DNA of 64,000 nucleotides from IMG/VR virus record IMGVR_UViG_3300041416_000287, positions 1 to 64,000 of that record; one strand, 5' to 3'. Shown piece by piece: positions 59,180 to 64,000 of this stretch (position 1 is its first letter; each line of letters starts with the position of its first letter). The notes under the pieces were generated by a model. It saw only the letters and a program-made list of their open reading frames with translations, ran no database searches and was not told where the DNA came from. The position numbers and the translations under genes were made by a program.

Positions 59180-59205
59180 TAATGTGTCAGCATACTGACA
59201 CATTA
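59180..59205. terminator. 3'-end hairpin of SUI1 (11-bp stem)
   Basis: taatgtgtcag-cata-ctgacacatta. Confidence 0.6.
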
Positions 59206-59209
59206 GAGT

Positions 59210-59551
59210 TTATGCTCCATGGACCCTAATCTGGGATGGGAGACCTAATCTAGTTTCGGTGAGGAACGCCACCAAATTATCAACATGATTCCCCTGCATC
59301 TTAAGGACCTTTCCATACTCTGGATCATCCACCAGACTCACATTGCAGTGAAAATTGTGGCGCAAAGCGCGAATCACCTTACTAAAGATGAGATTTTGAG
59401 GAAGTCCCTCACAAATAGTGATTTTCTTTCTGGTGGTTCGCTGTTGGGTTCGAATGTGGATTGGAATATTCCGATCTATCCCAAATTTCTTCTCGGTGTC
59501 ATCGGCGACGTCAGCGAATAAATCGATTGTCTTCAAGTTTAACAGCTCCAT
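59210..59551 (-). CDS. sui1: translation initiation factor eIF1/SUI1
   Basis: IHIRTQQRTTRKKITICEG, FHCN, LKMQG, IRVHG. Confidence 0.92.
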   Translation of the reverse strand: MELLNLKTIDLFADVADDTEKKFGIDRNIPIHIRTQQRTTRKKITICEGLPQNLIFSKVIRALRHNFHCNVSLVDDPEYGKVLKMQGNHVDNLVAFLTETRLGLPSQIRVHGA

Positions 59552-59596
59552 TTGGGTTATTTACCTACCAGCAACAATGTAATTCAAATAGTTGGT

Positions 59597-60451
59597 TTAG
59601 CCCCAGAAGCCAACTAAGGCAAATCTCGTTTTACCATCACTCTTAACCGGACCTACCCCATGCAGAGGTGACTTCTGTTTCAACATATCCCACCAGACCA
59701 TAGTGTTGAACTCTGGATTGATATAAACGTAATCCTCCTTGTCATTGTTCCGACAGACACCGAGTGCGCCACCATCTTCCTTATAATTCCAATCATCAGA
59801 AGTGAGATAGTAGATGAAAGCCGCTTTACGGCCCGTAAAATCATCATTATGCCATCCCATTCCATATCCTTTAGCCACTTGTTGGATGACCCAGGTCATT
59901 TTACGCATGTGTCGAAATCCAAAGGGATTTATCTCAAGCTCAACGGGTCCAGTTGGTCCAGTAAGAGTTACTGGCATCAATCCCCATAATTTACTGGTAT
60001 CAGTGGCCCGCCAACGTTCCTCGAGGCAATCTATTAATTCAATCACTGGTGATCCCCAATAAGCTTCGGATGTTAATGGAGCAGCTCGCCAAAATTCCGA
60101 ATGATATTTCTCCCAGGTCCATTCTCCAGGGGCGTATCGTTTAGTCTCATAAGCTTTGAATATTTTATCCAACTGCATTGCCTCCTTATATACTACACGT
60201 TTTGGCGGATTATCGGTGTCATTCAATTCGGGACAAGTAGAGTCAAAGGGAATCTCCGTTAGAAATCGACGTGCTCGTTCCGCTAATTCACGCGGTACTA
60301 CATCCTTAACAATATAGGCATTCGGATACCCATCCTGATAGAGAGTAATATCAAATCCAATCCCTTTGGGAATAAGGGATCGCAGGTTATTGTGAATATG
60401 TCCTAGTTGGTTATCAACATCACCAGCCGCACGATGATTAGGCCACTCCAT
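59597..60451 (-). CDS. 2OG-Fe(II) oxygenase (prolyl-hydroxylase-like)
   Basis: WHNDD (HxD), FIYYL, GGAL, LHGV (distal His), RFALVGFW (2OG Arg). Confidence 0.85.
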   Translation of the reverse strand: MEWPNHRAAGDVDNQLGHIHNNLRSLIPKGIGFDITLYQDGYPNAYIVKDVVPRELAERARRFLTEIPFDSTCPELNDTDNPPKRVVYKEAMQLDKIFKAYETKRYAPGEWTWEKYHSEFWRAAPLTSEAYWGSPVIELIDCLEERWRATDTSKLWGLMPVTLTGPTGPVELEINPFGFRHMRKMTWVIQQVAKGYGMGWHNDDFTGRKAAFIYYLTSDDWNYKEDGGALGVCRNNDKEDYVYINPEFNTMVWWDMLKQKSPLHGVGPVKSDGKTRFALVGFWG

Positions 60452-60510
60452 TTATTACAGTTAGTGAACGAGATAAATGTTGAAACAAATTTATCTCAGT
60501 ATAGAAATAC

Positions 60511-61437
60511 ATGTCGAAACTGTCGAAACTGTCCGCAGGCCACGCCTTATCACTTCAGTTGGTAATGGATGAAACGAATATTGCTTCCTACGCAGATGTC
60601 AAGGACAAATTACGCCCATTTGATCTTATTGCCTTCCACGGAGGTGATTGTGTGAGCGCGCTTATTTCCGAACTCGAATCGTTCGAAGTTGGAGTTGGGG
60701 CTTTCAGTCACGTTGGAATGGTAGTAACGGCTGATATTCTCCCCGAAGCCTCGTTTGGTGGAAACACAGTACAATTAAAGCCAAATCATCCATACGTGTT
60801 CGAATCGACCTTTAGTTATGATGTTGCTGGACTGGCTGATGGGGCCCATGATGTTGTAACAGGAAAGGGAGCCTTTGGAGTACAACTTCGTGATTTAGAA
60901 GAAGTTATCCCTCGATATATTACCAACGAGAAGACCAAGGTCGCCTGGTGCCGATTACTAAATAATCCCTTTGATCCCCTTCCTGATGAGCCAGCTGAGA
61001 ATTTAGCTCTTCGCCGTAAGCTTCTTGAAGAAGAATTTACTGAGTTCTTCAAGAAATATGAACAGCGAACCTATGAGGCTGATATAGGGAGTTTACTCGC
61101 GTCAATGTTTCCGGCATTGCGTCCATTGCGGACAATTAGGGATGATATCTTCAAGGGTCTGTATTCAGTACTACATTCATTTGGGATAGCCAAGAATAAA
61201 GTGGGACCAGCTGGGTGGGAATTCTGCTCTCAACTAGTCGCGACGGTCTATCAGAGCATTGGTGTAATTGGACCTAAATTTAACCCCGAGGATGTGGTTC
61301 CGGTTGATTTCTTCGGCTGCGACAAGGACGGTATTCCGGCTCTAGTTGATAAGCCGGTCTACTTCCGAGATTGGGCTCTGTCTAATGAAGCTGCGTTCCG
61401 TTATGCTGAAGATAGCAAGCCAGGATCGCAACTCTAA
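60511..61437 (+). CDS. permuted papain-like NlpC/P60 (YiiX/YebB-like) enzyme
   Basis: DLIAF, FSHVGMV (His before Cys), FCSQLVATVYQSIG, PEDV. Confidence 0.8.
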   Translation: MSKLSKLSAGHALSLQLVMDETNIASYADVKDKLRPFDLIAFHGGDCVSALISELESFEVGVGAFSHVGMVVTADILPEASFGGNTVQLKPNHPYVFESTFSYDVAGLADGAHDVVTGKGAFGVQLRDLEEVIPRYITNEKTKVAWCRLLNNPFDPLPDEPAENLALRRKLLEEEFTEFFKKYEQRTYEADIGSLLASMFPALRPLRTIRDDIFKGLYSVLHSFGIAKNKVGPAGWEFCSQLVATVYQSIGVIGPKFNPEDVVPVDFFGCDKDGIPALVDKPVYFRDWALSNEAAFRYAEDSKPGSQL

Positions 61438-61491
61438 GGTGAAAGATTTAACAAATGTAGGTATGATACCTATATTTTTTGATGAGGGGTA

Positions 61492-63873
61492 TTACTGATT
61501 CGAGACTTGTTCCGGTCCAGACCGACCAAGTCGAATCACGCGACGAATCGCATTCATGATGCTCGAACTACGAGGAGGGGGAGGGGGTGGAGTAGTGGGC
61601 GGTGGCGGTGGCGGTGGAGTAGTCTCCACTTTCTTTGGCTCCTCGGCCTTGGTAACCGGCACTGGAGAGGGCAATGCCGGAGGTAAAGAAGTTGAGACCT
61701 CCAAGGGAAGTGGCACATCAATCAATCGCATCGAAGGAAACGGAAGATCGATGGGCGGTAGGGCAATCCTGGAGCTCTCAAGCGACGATGGTTTGACTTC
61801 CTGAGTTGGGGTCGATACTTTATCCGGAATAGGAGGAGTTCCAGGCGGGGTTGTAGGCGGGGTTACAGGGGGCGTTGGAGCAAGTGAGCGAGTGAAAGTT
61901 GGATCATCAGCCACGAATTCTCTGATAATATTGGGATACAGTGCACTGGGATCGACGATACGTAGCTCGTCCGGTTCAAGTAAGCGAACGAAAGTCTTAT
62001 CGCCTCCAGTAAGCTTCTTGAGAAGGTCAATATTTATCGCTGGTTCGTTATAACGAACACGCTTCATGGGAGGCTCTTTAACATCTTCATCATCCCAGTC
62101 AGAAGTCTCCTCCGGAATCACTGGCTTCACTTCCTCTTTAACATCTTCATCGTCCCAGTCAGAAGTCTCCTCTGGAACCACTGGTTTCACTTCTTCTTTA
62201 TCCTCAGGATCGGAACTGGCACCATCTGCCCGCTCTGAATCGGAATGAGTCTCATCCGGTTCCGGAACATGTGTCTCCTTTAATTCAGATGAAGCTGAAC
62301 CGGATGCTTCTCCTACTTCAGAGCCAACCTCACTTGATTCAGACATGGGTTCCTCACCTGATTCATGAGCAGGCTCAGGAGCAGGCTCCTCATCTAGTTC
62401 AACAACCGGCTCCTCATCTAGTTCAACAACCGGCTCCTCATCTAGTTCAACAACCGGCTCCTCATCTAGTTCAACCGGCTCTTCAATCTGCCCATCTGGT
62501 TCAGGAACTGGCTCCGCATCTTTGCAGATATCACAACTAGGATCATCGCATTTACTGACTTCGGACTCTTGTGGACAGCCATCGCACTCACGATAGTTGC
62601 TCTCTTCCTCGAAGAGAGTCATTCCACCGCCAAGACAAGTGGCGAGTACACCACCGAGCTGCTGTTTGGTTCCCAACTTGATCAAGGTGTTAGGGTCGCA
62701 CTTCTCTTCCTTGATGGAGTCGGTCAAAATGAGATAGCGCACTCTAGCCCCGCCATATGTGGATCCAAGAACCGGTTTGTTCAGACAGGTGACCACAAGG
62801 TTGCAGCATACATGATTTTGAACCACCTCCGCCGATGGAATAACACCATTGTCAAAGAAACATGTGCGCACCAGCGAATGAGTGGCAAATTGACCGATTG
62901 CCTCCCAATGCTCAGCGGAACAAGCAAATGGTCCGTACATCATTCGAGCCAATTGGCAGAGCGTACTCTTACCAGACCCACTGGGTCCGACAACAAACGT
63001 GATAGTAGGGGCATCTGCACATCCCCAGGACAGAAGAGTGGAGGTGAGATCAAGAGGCCGGCATCGGAAGTTGGACAGGTATTTTGTTGCCAGTGTATTG
63101 TAATCGCTGATCGGATCATAAGGGAGCCGTACCGAGAAATAATCCGATGGCTGCCTCACATAGGAAGTGCAGTCGCGTAGATTAACGATGGTGCTAAAGC
63201 TGGGGATGGTGAAGTGGCTGCCCTCATGCCAGTCCATGAGCACTGGGCAGCTCTTCACATGATCGACTAACTCCGTAGGCTGATAAATAAGTCTAACAAC
63301 CGCATCTTGGCATTCACGCAACTTGTCAGCGACCCATTGCACAGCACGGCCCACATGATCGTTCCAAAAGTCAGGAGTACATTCAGTGAACCCAAAGTCC
63401 GTCACGCTACGCTCATTCGTAATGTCTGATTCATGGCATGGAGTCCACATGTCGCCTTTCCACTGGAAGAAGGAAGCACCATCATAACAAAAGTGCTCAG
63501 CTGCCTCCTCTAGGAGAATGTCCATAGTAGTGTAGCCATGGGTCCAACGATCACAGTAAGCGATGATACTCCAATGTTCCTTCTGTTCGGATATGACTTT
63601 AGTGGCAAGACCTTGAGCCAAGAGCAAATAACCGAGAAAAACATTCGCCTGATCCAGCGTCTTCAAGTACTCAACTGCGACGGGATCATTCACAATGGTA
63701 TCCTCAAGGAAAATATTGAATTCGTGATTAATGCGATCAACGTAGTCAGTATGCTTCATTCCCTTTTGCTTACGGTACTTAGTCTGAACCAATGTCGTGA
63801 AAAGCTTCTCAGCATGGATGTGTGGCGGCAGCACAGGCACTTTAGCTGGCGTAACTGCGTCGCGTTTGCCCAT
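61492..63873 (-). CDS. degenerate D5-like (SF3) helicase-related protein with acidic repeat insert and Pro-rich tail
   Basis: D5_N-like FQWKGDMW and YFSVRLPYD; Walker A GPSGSGKST; LLKKLTGGD. ATG probably 63873. Confidence 0.65.
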   Translation of the reverse strand: MGKRDAVTPAKVPVLPPHIHAEKLFTTLVQTKYRKQKGMKHTDYVDRINHEFNIFLEDTIVNDPVAVEYLKTLDQANVFLGYLLLAQGLATKVISEQKEHWSIIAYCDRWTHGYTTMDILLEEAAEHFCYDGASFFQWKGDMWTPCHESDITNERSVTDFGFTECTPDFWNDHVGRAVQWVADKLRECQDAVVRLIYQPTELVDHVKSCPVLMDWHEGSHFTIPSFSTIVNLRDCTSYVRQPSDYFSVRLPYDPISDYNTLATKYLSNFRCRPLDLTSTLLSWGCADAPTITFVVGPSGSGKSTLCQLARMMYGPFACSAEHWEAIGQFATHSLVRTCFFDNGVIPSAEVVQNHVCCNLVVTCLNKPVLGSTYGGARVRYLILTDSIKEEKCDPNTLIKLGTKQQLGGVLATCLGGGMTLFEEESNYRECDGCPQESEVSKCDDPSCDICKDAEPVPEPDGQIEEPVELDEEPVVELDEEPVVELDEEPVVELDEEPAPEPAHESGEEPMSESSEVGSEVGEASGSASSELKETHVPEPDETHSDSERADGASSDPEDKEEVKPVVPEETSDWDDEDVKEEVKPVIPEETSDWDDEDVKEPPMKRVRYNEPAINIDLLKKLTGGDKTFVRLLEPDELRIVDPSALYPNIIREFVADDPTFTRSLAPTPPVTPPTTPPGTPPIPDKVSTPTQEVKPSSLESSRIALPPIDLPFPSMRLIDVPLPLEVSTSLPPALPSPVPVTKAEEPKKVETTPPPPPPPTTPPPPPPRSSSIMNAIRRVIRLGRSGPEQVSNQ
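62081..62200. repeat. 2 x 60-bp coding repeat (KEEVKPV.PEETSDWDDEDV)
   Basis: Near-identical units at 62081-62140 and 62141-62200. Confidence 0.9.
62384..62476. repeat. 24-bp tandem repeat, 3 copies plus a partial (EEPVVELD)
   Basis: ggctcctcatctagttcaacaacc repeated. Confidence 0.92.
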
Positions 63874-64000
63874 GATTGTCGTGATTTGAGTATAGGGTAA
63901 GATTATTATACAAGTAATCACATATTTCATCTGACATATGTGACATCAGCTTCTATGCGGATAAATTATTACATCGAATCATATTATATCGATATCTCAT

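Noticed and set aside
60511-61437. Calling the permuted papain-like enzyme an Atg4 homolog
   Set aside because: Atg4 (C54) has Cys before His/Asp and different motifs, whereas this protein has the His-before-Cys permuted NlpC/P60 order. It is kept only as a speculative functional analog.

Overview
Gene-dense, intron-free 64-kb segment of a giant DNA virus (Nucleocytoviricota). The gene content points to Pimascovirales, possibly a pithovirus-like lineage, but that placement is inference. Core or near-core genes: Lon-type AAA+ protein (runs off the left edge), RNA polymerase Rpb1, XRN exonuclease, DEAH helicase, YqaJ nuclease, Ser/Thr kinase, eIF1/SUI1 and a degenerate D5-like protein. Most striking signals: (1) a eukaryote-like membrane/autophagy toolkit with Atg8/LC3 (conserved C-terminal Gly), a prenylatable Rab, degenerate small GTPases, PEBP, a class-3 lipase, a permuted NlpC/P60 enzyme and membrane proteins with YxxV tails; (2) Rpb1 cut near the archaeal A'/A'' boundary, fused to Rpb6, with a triplicated clamp element; (3) repurposed or degenerate folds, namely HtrA with all three triad residues lost, a minimal P450-like protein, a K+ channel lacking GYG, an eIF2-beta domain with its Zn finger replaced, and stand-alone MTHFR-C and RarA-C domains; (4) a glycosylation island; (5) a regular punctuation code, with TAAATG at about 19 starts and hairpins or palindromes just after stop codons. 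No tRNA, rRNA, CRISPR array or transposase was seen. All product calls come from visual motif recognition. No database search was run, so novelty is untested.
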